Shown here piece after piece: positions 36,751-50,977 of a stretch of 64,000 nt of DNA. The stretch is taken from positions 187,352,312-187,416,311 of the forward strand of contig CM097886.1 of assembly GCA_044892525.1 (NCBI GenBank), written 5' to 3'. The notes beneath the pieces are model-generated. The model worked only from the letters and a program-made list of their open reading frames with translations, was not told the origin of the DNA and did no database searches. Each line of letters begins with the position of its first letter. The first letter of the stretch is position 1. The DNA comes from Schmidtea polychroa (taxonomy: Eukaryota). Both the position numbers and the translations under genes were made by a program.

Positions 36751-39624
36751 TAGACTTTACTAGTTAAATAAAAACTTTAATCAAAAATAAAATTTAAACT
36801 TTAAGTTAATAAACTTTAATGCAAACTTAACTAAAACTTAAAAAAAAAGAAAAGAAAAAAACATTAAAAACTTTAAAAAGAAAAAAATAAAACTTTAATG
36901 AAACTACAAAAAAAAAACAAAAAAAATTTTAAAAACAAAACTTTTAAAAGAAACAAAAACAAAAAACAAAAACAAAAACATATGATTAACTTACAGTAAA
37001 ATAGTATTACCTTCCTCAACTAAATTAAATCCCTAACATTATTAAATTGTTATAAAAAAAGCATGTTTAAAATAAAAAAAAATAAAATAAATCAATATAA
37101 AGTGTAACCTGCCTCAATTGACATAATTCCCTAACACTATATGATACCTGAATAAAATGAGTAGGTTAACGACTTTGGCAGACTAGTATTATTAATAGTA
37201 ATATCGTCATAGTTACTCAGCCTTTTACCAAAGTATAGAGGAATTACTTCTTTAAAGCATCCCGTCATTAAGAATAAAATAAATTATTAAAATTATATAA
37301 AATAACAATAAAAAGATGAAAATAAAAAAGATCGTGGAGGTGGCCCTTGTGTGTGCCTAGAATGTTAGATCAGTCATTCTAGGACTTATTACCCTTTATA
37401 CCGATTTAACTAGAAGTAGCGAACAACCTTGTAAAATCACCAGGGTACCCAACATTCAAATCGGCGTGGGAAACCATCTGGATGTGCCCCACCTTGGCGA
37501 AGGAATCGGATTCCCCGGCATTTTTGGCACATACAGATATCGACGCTTCGTGCTTTTAAGGGCACAGGCCGTACGAATTACCCACCCAAAACACAATAAA
37601 GGCTTTTCAGTTCTGATTTCAAAACTTTCCAGTCACTTTGATATTTTGGGTCGCCCTCGTTTCCAAGCACTTGTCATTACCTGACCAATGGGCATCAATT
37701 TCTTATAGAAGGTTGTTGATTGCGACACCTTGTCCCACCATCCTAAGACGGTGGGTTGTGCTCCGTAAGGAGACAGGTCTTTTCGGAACCCATAAACAGT
37801 TAAAGGGCGTATATCCCCTTCCCAATCACCCGAAGGTAGTTAGGTGTACTTCGTAAACGAAGCCAAGTCTTTGTAGACTTAAGTATCAAAGCCGTTATCA
37901 GCCAATACTTTGTAACAACCGGTGTAAGCGTCTCTAGCAGGTGGATCCCCCATGCCAGATCTTCTTACGTCCTGTTAAGTTTCTATCCTTGCGTTAGCTA
38001 TTCGCAATTCTGATACTTAGGACTACATACAATTCCAGACATAATTTCAACCTTATCATCTCCTGGGAAGCTCTCTTTTAGCAGGGACTCTAACCCCCGA
38101 ACGTTCTTAGCCAGCAAGTTTCAAAACTTTAACTTTCCAGAGGTATCTATTTAAAGGGCGGAAAATCCCCGAACGATTTGCCCCAGATAGTTGTCTCCAT
38201 TATTCTTGAATATTTACGTTTTAGGAGTAGGATACTCTTTTTTTTGGAAATGTAAATTACTGCAGTACGTGCCACAGCTGTCTTAAACCATTTAACGAGT
38301 TTAGTTTTGTTGCATTAATTACTAATTACTAATTAATTACTAAGTATGCCACCACCAGGAATCGTGATAATCAGCTGTATTTTTCCCCAACCAACTACAT
38401 GTGGATTCCTGTTTTTGTTTTTGTTAGAGTTGTTTGCTGTCGTAGAACACGACATTACCGGCTGGCCCACGGAGAGGGCACACTAATCAAACGACTTGAG
38501 CCTATTCGTCCAGCTTAAGTTTAGTCTCGTTATATGCACCAACCAACTACTGTAGTCAATTAAAGACACATTACTGACGTAATATAATTAGCCTGCCCTC
38601 AAGACAAGCTTGAGGTCAGTATAAAGTCGGTCAACCCAACCTCCGAGGAGGGTTACATGCAACTAGTACTGTGCAGACAAATTACTCTTAAGATAGTCCT
38701 AGATATTATGATTTTTCTCTTTTTTTATCTCATTGAACGCTTTTCTCAAATGAGGTGAAACTCCCTCAAGACAGCTCACTTTAAGGTACGATATACTAGT
38801 ACCCTAGCTTGATAAACTATCCTCACTTTTGTTTTAGTAGATTATCGCATGATAATTCTATCAATTTTTCTCTTTCGATTGTTGACAGCTCAAATTCCTC
38901 TTCTTCATTGTCGATAAATGGATTCTGTACGCACAAAACTTTGAGAAATCGAGATCTTTGAAATAATTTGTATAATGCAACACCAAACCATCCAAGTGTT
39001 CAATAAAAAGATTTCTGTATTTTAGTTTGTCTTATCTTATTCCAGACATCCTCCTGGCTAATTTCATCACCACATCTTTTATTTCCAAATTAAATTAAAG
39101 TAAGCATAAATAATACATGGCATAGAATTCATAATTATCATTTTTGATTAACTGAACCAATTTCTCCTACTCAAGTCTCTCATCACATTTCATTTCAGTC
39201 CTACTGCTACCTCACGACAGATACACTATTTCCAGCTACTCCCATTAGAACTGTTGTTATAAAGTTTGGACTTTCCTAACTGGCTGCGCCCTACATGACT
39301 TGATTTCCCAATTTCATACATCTGAATTTCAAAAATCTCCTGCTGGATAATTATTTTCTCCTCAACATCGAAACTATTCCTGCATCCATCCTTTCATCTC
39401 CGTTTCAAATCTATCTCTAATTTATCCGAACTACTCGATCTGTCAATTCACTGAATATTTCTTCAATTTTTCTCGATTCGGAATCTAGCCAAGTCAAGCG
39501 ACTAGTTTCTCTTAGTCTAACCTCATGGATTTTTCTGGATGCCTCTTTTCATAATTCTACAACTCATCATATTTATATAGTTATCATACTATCATTAAAT
39601 AATTGATTCAATACTGTTATCATC

Positions 39625-40373
39625 AAATCCATAATTCGATCTATCATATTATCATTAAATCCATAATTCGATCTATCATATTATCATTAAATCCATAATT
39701 CGATCTATCATATTATCATTAAATCCATAATTCGATCTATCATATTATCATTAAATCCATAATTCGATCTATCATATTATCATTAAATCCATAATTCGTT
39801 CTATCATATTATCATTAAATCCATAATTCGATCTATCATATTATCATTAAATCCATAATTCGATCTATCATAATATCATTAAATCCATAATTCGATCTAT
39901 CATATTATCATTAAATCCATAATTCGATCCATCATATTATCATTAAATACATAATTCGATCTATCATATTATCATTAAATATATAATTCGATCTATCATA
40001 TTATCATTAAATATATAATTCGATCTATCATATTATCATTAAATATATAATTCGATCTATCATATTATCATTAAATCCATAATTCGATCTATCATATTAT
40101 CATTAAATATATAATTCGATCTATCATATTATCATTAAATATATAATTCGATCTATCATATTATCATTAAATATATAATTCGATCTATCATATTATCATT
40201 AAATATATAATTCGATCTATCATATTATCATTAAATATATAATTCGATCTATCATATTATCATTAAATCCATAATTCGATCTATCATATTATCATTAAAT
40301 CCATAATTCGATCTATCATATTATCATTAAATATATAATTCGATCTATCATATTATCATTAAATATATAATTC
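39625..40373. repeat. 32-bp satellite TCCATAATTCGATCTATCATATTATCATTAAA, ~23 units; final unit continues at 44501-44527
   Basis: Direct repetition with a 32-bp offset (39661 to 39693). Confidence 0.97.
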
Positions 40374-40978
40374 TGCTGGGTCTTGGGTCGGATCAGAAAA
40401 ATACCACTTTCACATTAGGGGTTGATAGTCCTAACTGCACAAGCAACACATCATCATTCTACAGGACCCTTAACCAAAACCCACACGATCATACTCCGAA
40501 CATGACACCCATGATTCACATCATGTTGGTGCTGTGTCATGTCGGCGAGCTACGATGGAGCAGGTGAGCCCCTGCCTTAGGACTACTCCCCCATCGCAAC
40601 TCGACTTAACCATCACTCGACTGCCGATAGAAGGACTTACGTCATCATCATCATTCTACGATCTCTTGTATCACTCTGATTTGCATTCAAACTCTGTTAC
40701 AACACTCAACTCGCTAGTTTGGTCTTTATTTAGCGTTCAACAGTAAATTTTTCCACATTACCATCATTTTTATCCTTTCTAAATTAAGCTTTATCATATC
40801 TCTTCCACATTTTAATTCCATCACTCGTTATCCAATCCCCTAATCAACCATTCATCATACTCAAGCATTCAACATCATTTAATTTGACAAGTCACAATGA
40901 AGAAAAATGTATTAACGCATTATTACATTAAAAGTACATTGATAGGTGCTACAATTTTGTAGAACAACGTAGATATAA

Positions 40979-41775
40979 TCACAGAGTGCTTGGAGAAGCT
41001 CCAGCAAAGATCTCATCGAGATCGAAAAAATCTTTGGCGTTTTCTTTCCATGAGGAATCGACGGGCGGGACTACCCGGAAGATAGGAAGAGAATGCAGGG
41101 TGGATTCTACCGGAGGTACTGGAGTTGGCTGTTGAACAGAGGCGATCAGAGCCGCTTCTCTTTCGGCCTGGAGGGCCCTTCTTCTTTTAGTACGCTCAGC
41201 CCTGGATGGCTGGCGACGCTTCTTGATCTTCTTCACCTCCGGAAGAGTGACCGGGGCTGTTAAGTCCACTATTCTGGGTTCAGCGCGACTTGTGCCGGTA
41301 CAGACGACCTCGGCTGGGAAATGCTCGAGTGGCTTAAGCTGGCCTGGTTTAATGGTTTCACCAACGAGATACCTGAGAGGTGGTGGGACGGGAATAAATT
41401 GTCTTCTTCCGCGAGTGGAATATTGACTATCTTCCTTGTGACCGACGCTTGGACGAACACTTTGTGTAACGCCTCGGATTGCTCTTTAATGAGGGCACGC
41501 AGAGCGCGATTTTCCTCTAGTACATCATCGCGACATTTTTCCACTCGTGTGAGTCTCGTCCTCACCTCTTTCATTTGAGTGGGGGAAAAATACGTCCCTT
41601 CTAGGTGATCTGACTTCTTCTTAAGGAGGCCAATTTGTGCTTGTAACGTTTGAATCATCTGATTTTTATCAGAGCAAGAAAAGCATGGGCGCAAGATCGT
41701 AGCATTGGTTGAAGCTTTTGACATTTTAGCAATGTAAATGTTTTCATTAACCCTATCCTCCCTCTTTTCATCCAA
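40979..41775 (-). CDS. Element B copy of the unknown CxxC/coiled-coil/basic protein; frameshift near 41270
   Basis: ORFs 41269..41775 and 40979..41269 together align with the element A protein. Confidence 0.75.
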
Positions 41776-41839
41776 ACGTCATCCATCATAACTCGTTACA
41801 TCATTTCTCAATCATGCCAAGCTTTCATCAATCCTGATG

Positions 41840-42007
41840 GCCACAACAATAATAATAATGATGACACTCATATCGACCATAACGACCACATTAGTAACAA
41901 TATTAAGACTAATGGTAATAATAATGACAAGAACAACAATCGTAACAATCACCACAATAACGACAACAATAACAACCCCAACAATCATAATAACTAATGA
42001 TAATGAT
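41840..42007. repeat. (AAT/AAC/GAC)n microsatellite running into a gap
   Basis: Trinucleotide low complexity; explains ORF 41837..42502. Confidence 0.85.
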
Positions 42008-44699
42008 NNNNNNNNNNNNNNNNNNNNNNNNNNNNNNNNNNNNNNNNNNNNNNNNNNNNNNNNNNNNNNNNNNNNNNNNNNNNNNNNNNNNNNNNNNNNN
42101 NNNNNNNNNNNNNNNNNNNNNNNNNNNNNNNNNNNNNNNNNNNNNNNNNNNNNNNNNNNNNNNNNNNNNNNNNNNNNNNNNNNNNNNNNNNNNNNNNNNN
42201 NNNNNNNNNNNNNNNNNNNNNNNNNNNNNNNNNNNNNNNNNNNNNNNNNNNNNNNNNNNNNNNNNNNNNNNNNNNNNNNNNNNNNNNNNNNNNNNNNNNN
42301 NNNNNNNNNNNNNNNNNNNNNNNNNNNNNNNNNNNNNNNNNNNNNNNNNNNNNNNNNNNNNNNNNNNNNNNNNNNNNNNNNNNNNNNNNNNNNNNNNNNN
42401 NNNNNNNNNNNNNNNNNNNNNNNNNNNNNNNTAGCAATAGTTCATGGGAATCCTCCATCTACCCCTAATACACTGAGAAAAAGAAATGTCAGAGTTCATT
42501 GACTTTACATGAAAATGGTACCTCCCCCCTCAAGAATTGCTTTAATTACTTCGAGTTTACTATATCAATCAAATTAATTTTAATATCAAATAAGAGAGAA
42601 TTGTAAATTTTTGGTATTCTAGATATTATCAGCTTAGGTGTTAACTTTATTTGGAGATTAAATTTTTGCATTCGCCATCTACTAAGTTTGGTGTTCGTGT
42701 AATCTTATTAGTGTCAGATAGTTATCGGCGATTGATGCCTTACGTGTACGGTGGGAATGGGTCTTGTGTGGATACATATGTGGCGATTAACTAATTTCCT
42801 CGTCGGCTCATGCGTGTGTGGTTATCCATGATGCTATTTTTCATATAGGTGGATTTTAGTACCAGAGTATCTCGTGCGAATGATCGCCTGTGTCGGTGTT
42901 ACTTCTTAATCACTGTAATCTACCAGTTGTGAATGAGCAGCTAAAGTGGCTTGTAATTATTGTGGCAGTTCTATCGCCAACATCGTACTGGAGTAAATGT
43001 GGAATTTTATGGAATGATTTGACTTCAATCATCTAGAATTCGGTTTACGATAAAATGAGGGCAAGTGGGATTTCTTGAAGTAGTTATACCTAACGCAATA
43101 CGGTTGTGAAATGCGAAACGATTTATGTTAGATGGAAATTCATGGTTTATCTGTGAAAATTTAAATTCACTACGACTTGCTTATTTCACAATTTTGGTCA
43201 ATTTGACTATCAATGGCGGAGGCCGTTTTGTTTGTTAATAATATACATAGATATACTGGATCTCACGCCACGTACCAGAGTCATAAGTCGCGAATTCTGA
43301 GAATAATTACTGTATATCAACTAAGTCTAAGGCTTTGTTAGTAGAAATTCATCGTATCGCTGATTTAACTAATGTGACATGATCGTGCCTCTACTTCTCA
43401 TTACTACTCTGAGTGTTCCGAAAGAGCGCCGATTCCACTGGATCAACGATCGAATTTACGATGAAAGGTCTAGATTAACACGATATATGAATTTTGTATA
43501 AGTTGCGATAACGACGATGAAAATCAAGAGATAATGACTTTCCGACAACATCCGATGAACGAGGATTGGATCACCCTAGTCATTGCGAAGGTTCTCCCAC
43601 ACTACTTTCACGAAATTTTCTATTGTTTCAATACATTATTCTTCTCTATTACTTTTTAGCTCCACTTTTCCTGTGGCGACGGATCAGTGAGGAAGCCCCC
43701 ACGATGACCCGCTCAACCACCACGTCGCTGATGTTGTACCTGACCTTCTGGCGAGAGGAACCACCCGTGTCCCTCAAGCTGTGGCCAGTTGAGCCTCAGT
43801 GTCGCTTGACATCAAAATTAAATAGCCTATTGCACAATTTATAATAGTTAAATTCCATAATATTCAATAAAATCTAAATAAGAATGAATTACAAAAATTT
43901 AAGATTTATTGGTGAACAGGAAAAACTGTTAACAATTTACCTAAGTAAAGTTATTATTATCATTACTAGCTTAATAAAAGGTTTACAATGAATAACAAAT
44001 TTTACTTCGTACAAATTGAATGGTTCTCCGAATGATTTGTCTAGCTGATTATCCTTGAGTTAGTCCGGTATAGTAGTTGCGAAGTACCTTAATGGATTTT
44101 TTGATTAACACTGAAAATTCTAATTCAGTGTTTTCCTTATATACTAATTTTTGTGTTTATGCGAGCCAATCAGAATTGAGTGCGGCGTAATTTTTTAATT
44201 TAATTCGTTTTCTTAGTTTTCCTAGTGTTTTCCTTACTGTTTTCTTTTATTTTTTATTTATTTTCTTATTTATTATTTAATTTCTATTATTTTACTATTT
44301 TTTCCGGTTTCTATATCTTAATTTTTAATTTTTTATTTTTTGTTTTAATTCTTTTTGGTTAATTTTTTTTTATTATTTATTCCTATTGTTTATTTGTCTA
44401 TGTTTTTAATTTGTTTTCGCTTTGTTTCCTAATTTTATTTTATTTCTTATTGTTTTCTTCTTAGGTTTTTTAAATTATTATTTTACTTTCTAGCGCAACA
44501 ATTCGATCTATCATATTATCATTAAATAAAATAATTTATCTGAAAAGAAAAGAGAACAGTAGATCAAAATTTTCAATTGTTATTTCATTACTAATAAAAA
44601 TAGCTTATAAAAATGAATATAAATTACTACATTAAACTAAAAGCAAATAAAATTTTACATGTTCTACTGTTGGAGTCTGAAAAATTAGTGGAGTCCGCA

Positions 44700-45387
44700 A
44701 TAAGTTGAATATCGACTGGTTGTTCTCTGTCCTGATTGGTGATTACTAGGTGAAATTTGATTGAGTAGTGGTAGTCCTAGATTGAAAATTCTAAAACTGA
44801 GGGAATTAACCGCTCTATTTTCTTATATTCTGGATTCTATCCAATCAGAATCCAGTAAGGTTGTATTATTGTGTTTTCTCGTTTTTTTTCTTTTTTATTC
44901 TTTTCTTATGTTTTCTTTATTATTTTTTGTGATTTTGTTAATAAATATTTTTTAATATTCTTATTTTCTTTTTTTGGTTTTTGGGGTATTTTATGCTCGT
45001 GATTTTATGCTTTACTTATTTTATCTTTAATTCTTATTTCTATTTTTTGGTTTTGTTATTATCATTTTAATTTTCTCGTTATTTCTTTTATGGCTATTAT
45101 TTTTCTATTATTTTTCTTTCTTAGGGGAATTTACTTAAGGTTTTTTATTGATTTTTCTGTTATTTTTATTTCTGATTATCAGTTTTTTCATCTCACTCTT
45201 TATTCTTCCTCTCTACTTCGCTAATTCCCCACTTAACTTAATTCCTATTTAGTTATTTAATATGGCGGTTTGGACTCACTAAGTTATCAGCCCAACACCG
45301 TGAATTTTAATTCAACTTGGTGCGATTTTTATGTTATGTATTTCCGATTCATTCAAACAACTCTCAATCCTCGCTTCTAGCCCAACA
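44700..45387 (-). mobile_element. Element C: truncated promoter-end fragment of the A/B family
   Basis: CTTATA (44822) plus CCAATCAG (44841), T-rich tract, and terminus TTCTAGCCCAACA at 45387, with a second AGCCCAACA at 45297. Confidence 0.6.
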
Positions 45388-45589
45388 ATTTTATAAGTCA
45401 TATATATATTTTTCTTACCATATTTTCTATATCTATAATATTATAATAATAAATATAGAATTTTGTGAATTTAATATTTAATTTTTTCTTTTTCTTTTTT
45501 TCGAAATAAAAAAAAACTTTTATAATTAAATTTTGTACAATGTTTTCAGTTTTCCCAAATAAATAATAACAAAATTCTACTAGGTTAAT

Positions 45590-45627
45590 GCCGGGATTGA
45601 AAAAGGGCTCCGGGATTGCGATCCATA
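45590..45627. mobile_element. hATm-like terminus fragment (CGGGATTG...CGGGATTGCGATCCATA)
   Basis: Resembles TAGGGATTGCAATCCCG-type TIRs; single end only. Confidence 0.4.
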
Positions 45628-45784
45628 GTCATAAACAAATTGCCAATGGCGCTCATGCTGACTGTTTTTTTGATGTCAATAGCATTATTCAGGATGATTT
45701 TGTAAAAAGCGGTTTTCGAATTAACTACTACTCCAAACTTGTGCAAGAAATAAAAGGCTCCTAAGGAAAACAATGTGGCTCTAT

Positions 45785-45922
45785 TTATTACACGATTACG
45801 CCTTCATTCACACAAATGTAGCTTCAATTCACACAATAGAGACCTCTTTACTTGACATGCTTTTTTATCCCCAATACTGTCCATATTTGGCTCCAATGGG
45901 CTTTTACTTGTTTAAGTCTCTA
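45785..45922 (+). mobile_element. Mariner (DD34D) transposase fragment
   Basis: LLHDYAFIHT...FYPQYCPYLAPMGFYLFKSL vs mariner LLHDNA.PHT...HPPYSPDLAPSD..LF.SL. Confidence 0.7.
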
Positions 45923-46077
45923 CGCAGAGACGGCTCAGAGGTCGGAACTTTTGTTATTTTTCCCGAGGCACGCGCTTTCATATTCCTAACAATTATTAGT
46001 AGCTAAAGCAAGTTTTTGACACCAAATGCAACGTTTTTTTACAAGTCGGATATTAACGTAGGTATTTCCCTGCATCT

Positions 46078-46360
46078 CGCTCGTTAAGGTTGTTTCTTTA
46101 CATGTCTGTACATCTCATGGGATCCCAATGATGTATATCTCAATACATATATTGCATTGAGAATTATGCTAGCAACGCCTGTTTCAGTAGCTTCCACCGA
46201 ACGCAGTTTTTCCAAATTAATGTTAATAAAAAATTACCTAAGATCAACCATGCAACAAAATAGGTTAGAGTGGGTGGCTATGTTGTCAATAGAGCAGGAG
46301 GTAACAAAATAAATAAATTAGCAGTAAAAAAAGTTTGTACAAAATAAGAATAAATACAAT
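46078..46360 (+). mobile_element. ZMYM1-like hAT C-terminal dimerisation-domain fragment
   Basis: 46157-46312 translates LRIMLATPVSVASTERSFSKLMLIKNYLRSTMQQNRLEWVAMLSIEQE. Confidence 0.8.
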
Positions 46361-47283
46361 ATTATTGCTGAGGTCCCAATATTTGAAATACTCAACTTTG
46401 CTGGTTCTTATATGAATAAAATCAAGTCTCAGTATAAATATTTATTAATAATAAAAATTACCTAAAATAAAATTGTATTATCAATTCAAACAATTATTTC
46501 TTTTATTCAACTTCTTTTGAGCTACTTTAAAATGACTGCAAATGTGTATTTTGTTAATATGCTATGTAATGCGTGCTTATGTCAAAAATTACTGCTTTTT
46601 AGAAATCTGAGACAATTTTGTGCTCCGGATTAACCTTCGAAATCGCTGTAACGCTAATTTTTGTCAATTATACTAAATATATTTGGGGTATTTATACTAG
46701 ATTTTTAAACCAGCTGTTCTTGTAAAATAAATTATATTAATTTATAATATTAAGAATGTTATTTATTTCGAGTGTGATCTTAAGAATAGATTATATTATT
46801 TTTCCTACAGATCTAACGAAAAGCACCAAATCCTATATATATATTTTACTACAATATATTTCGACAGAATCACTGACATCTTCGGGTAGAATTGAAATCA
46901 AACTAAATCAATATAAATTGCTTTTTTTAAACAAACTAATTAACTAATTCATTAATTTTTTTAAATTAATTTCGCTAAAAATTTACAAAATTCTGATTTT
47001 TATATTCAAACTTTAAAAATTATAAAAGAATTAGTTAATTAGTTTTTTTAAAAAAAAAGCAATTTATATTGATTTAGTTTGATTTCAACTCTACCCGAAG
47101 ATGACAGTGATTCTGTCNNNNNNNNNNNNNNNNNNNNNNNNNNNNNNNNNNNNNNNNNNNNNNNNNNNNNNNNNNNNNNNNNNNNNNNNNNNNNNNNNNN
47201 NNNNNNNNNNNNNNNNNNNNNNNNNNNNNNNNNNNNNNNNNNNNNNNNNNNNNNNNNNNNNNNNNNNNNNNNNNNNNNNNNNN

Positions 47284-50200
47284 TCGTAGGCCCTAGGCAC
47301 TTTTAGCTTGGGAGACCCTCTCGCATAATTTTTTGTCAGTACAGTATCCCTAATGAAGTCAGCTATATCGCTAATTTTTAAAATGCGTTAATAATTCCAT
47401 AGTGCTTTATTTTAACAACATTTTATTTTATGAATGTTATTTTAAGAACTTTATTTTTTTCTTTATGTTGTGTTATAACACAACCGAGCGTTTTTCTACT
47501 ACGCCCGAAATTGCGTATTTCGTATGTATGTATAACGTTGATGAGTATACTATTTATTATACTTTAAATGTTTTTTTCTAAGTTTAAATCCCACGTATTA
47601 AAAAAATAATCCTCCTGCAAAAATATTCAACCCGCCTGCTATGATTGCTATGGTTAATTATCAATAGCGATTTTTTACATATAGGAGTGAATTTAAATTT
47701 GCGTATTTAGTAGCTGTGGATTTATGGTTGCAATTGTTTTTTTGTAGTACTTTTTTTACAATTAGTTTTCAGAAAAATTTAAGAATTATAATAGTGTTTA
47801 TTCTTTGTTAAAGTTATCTATAGTTATGTTATTTATAAACGATAATATTTCTGTAAACTGTAAATATTAATTGTTTAAAAGTAAGTCTTCTTTTTTAAAT
47901 ATATAATAATTTAATAAAAATATTAATATATATGTAATTCCAAATATAAATTATTTAATAGTAAATCAAAAAACAAGTGATTTGTATCAAAAGGAATTCT
48001 AATTGAAGTACATATATTAAAAAGTTCCAGTTGTATTAACAATAATAAAAACAAGCATCTCTATATAAAATCTATAAAAGTGTAGATTAAGTATATTGTT
48101 CATAGAACTGAAATTCTTGAAGTAAGTATACATAATATTAAATATTTTCCTCTAACTATAAAAATTATATTTAGTTTTGCCAGTTTAAAATTTAAAGAAA
48201 TGTCTGACGGATATAAGAGAAAACATGAGTCAGGCTCAGAAAAGCGTAAAAAGAAAATTGTCAAAGAAGAAGCATTGAAAAACATGAAAGGTTCACTACT
48301 CAAATATATAACAGCAACAAGAGGAAATAATGAAAGCTGTTCTACAAATGTAAACGAATTTATTGGACCAGAAAACCAAAATCAAAATAAAACTTCAGAA
48401 CAATTATCATGTGGTAGTAGTGGTACAGAAGATATTGGTACTGATAAACAGGGCACGTATACAGGTGAGACAGAGGTAGTAGAAGGTCAAACTTCTGCCG
48501 AAATAATTATATCTTTAGAGGATAATATAATAGAAATATCTAATGAAATATCAAAAGTTAATTTAAACTTAAAATATAATAATGATCCAGCTAATTGGGA
48601 TATTACTGCTGATCTCATAAATTATTTTTCTGAAAATAAGCCTTCGCGAAATATAGATTTCAATTTTCTCTTGAAGGGTAGAAAATATGGAGACAAAACC
48701 AGATATCCACGTAAAGAATATTTTATCAGGAAATTAACAAATGGGGAAACAATCGAAAGAGACTGGCTTATATATTCTCCGTCAACTGGAACAGTACATT
48801 GTTATATCTGCAAGCTTTTCCCTAGAGTGAACGTGAACGTAATTCTCAATCAATTTAAAATTGGATTTGATGATTGGAAAAATGCAATGTCCAGGATTAC
48901 ATCACATGAAAAATCAAAAGATCATCTTGACGCAGTATCAGCTATGTTTCAATTACAGAAGAACAGTAAAATTGATGTAGAACTACAGAAAGAGAAAGAT
49001 AAATTATGTAAATACTGGATTGAAGTTTTAAAGAGAATAGTTGCCGTAATAAAATTTCTATCTGAAAGAGGTTTGCCATTCCGTGGGAATAATGAAATTC
49101 ATAATTGTTCTAATAATGGAAATTATCTTGGTTGTATCGATCTTATAGCCGAATTTGATCCTTTTTTAAAGGAGCATATTCGAAGACATGGAAATCCTGG
49201 AAGAGGAAATGTTTCCTATTTATCTAATATTATATGTGAAGAATTTATTGGTATACTAGAATCCAAGGTAACAACGCAGATAATATCTGAAATTAAAGAA
49301 GCGAAATATTATGGAATCAGCATTGATTCAACTCCTGATATCAGTCATATGGACCAGATTACCGTGATAATTCGGTACGTACTTAAATGTGGAAATGTGG
49401 TTGAACGATTTTTAAAATTTATTGCAATTGAACAACACGATGGAAAATATTTATTCGACATTATACGACATACTTTGGAACATCATAACATAAGTATTGG
49501 AAATTGCAGGTCCCAATCATATGATAACGCCAGTAATATGAGCGGCATATATACAGGTGTACAAGCTAGATTTAGAGAAATAAATAAACTGGCGTAATGG
49601 GTTCCATGTGCTGCACATAGTCTTAATTTGGTGGGTTCAACTGCTGTGGAGTGTTGCCTGGAAGCAGTAAAGCTTTTTGGAATTTTAGAAGCAATATATA
49701 CTTTTTTTTCCGCTTCACCACAGAGATGGTCCAAATTTAAAGACAATATGAAAGAAAATACTTGTGTTGTAAAAAATTTATCAGAAACCAGATGGTCTGT
49801 ACGACATGATGCTACTAAAGCTCTATTCATGAATTATTCAGAAATTCAAAAAGCATTGTTTGAAATAACTGAAAGCGAACGTCAGCCTGCAGTGGCTGTG
49901 CAGGAAGCTAAATCTTTAATAAAAAACCTGAACAATTTTGAAACAGCATTGATGTGTGTTATTTGGAATGATTTATTGCAAAATATTAATATTTTCAATA
50001 AAGCTCTGCAGGAGACTGGCATAGAATTATGTACCATTGTCAAATTATTTAAAACTCTCATAGCTTACTTTCATGGTATTCGTATAGAGTTTGATAAATT
50101 TGAAACCATGGCAAAAAAACTTACAACTTCCGAATATAAACAACATACACAACGTAAACGAATAAGAAATAGATTTTTTGACGAAGTTTTAGACAACACC

Positions 50201-50977
50201 GATCCTAGTTTGAGCCTGAGTGCAAGTAACAAATTTCGTATTGAATCTTTTTATATAATAGTAGATAAACTTATTATTGAGATGCGTAAACGTCTTGAAG
50301 CATACGGAATGTTATATGAAAGGTTTAATTTTTTAGTGGACAGAACTTTGACAAATGATGAAATAGTTTCGAAAGCAAACAAGTTAGTGCAAATATATTC
50401 TTCAGATGTTGAAGATGCATTTTGTGACGAGTTTTTATTATTTTCACGAATGTATGGAGATAAAAAATCAGTGAACGAAATGTTAGTTGCACAAATAAAT
50501 GATAAATTAGTTACCAGTTTTCCCAATGTAAATATTGTGTTACGAATTTATTTATCAATATTTGGTACGAATGCGGAAGGGGAACGTAGTTTTTCAAAGC
50601 TTAAAAGAATTAAAAATTGTCTCCGATCAACTATGGGGCAGGAACGATTGTCAGCACTAACACTTTTATCTATTGAAAGTGATTTAATGCGAGAGATTAG
50701 TTTCGATGAGGTTATTGTCGAATTCGCAAATAAAAAATGCAGAAAAGTTATTTTAGAAAATAATTGAATAAATTGTTTACTAAATTAATGTTATTTTTTT
50801 ATATTTTTTTGAAAATAAATTTTTAATTATTATGAATTAAATCAATTTTTTTTTCATGCTCTGGTTAAATATTTATAATATACATTTTTCGTAAGTATAA
50901 ATACATATTTTCGTAGGCCATTTAATATTCGTAGGCCCTAGGCAATGTGCCTACTGTGCCTATGGGATAATGCGCGC

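Larger units (their letters stand above)
40374..44500 (-). mobile_element. Element B: ~4.1-kb relative of element A, TGCTGG...GCAACA ends, 4-bp TSD ATTC (contains an N gap)
   Basis: ATTC flanks both ends (40370-40373, 44501-44504) inside the 32-bp satellite; same ORF, conserved block, TATA/CCAAT and T-rich tract as A. Confidence 0.85.

Noticed and set aside
27400-40373. 28- and 32-bp arrays as CRISPR
   Set aside because: Head-to-tail monomers with no unique spacers, no cas genes, eukaryotic context.
3149-47306. ORFs containing long X runs (near 3.2, 6.8, 7.3, 42 and 47.1 kb)
   Set aside because: Created by N gaps.
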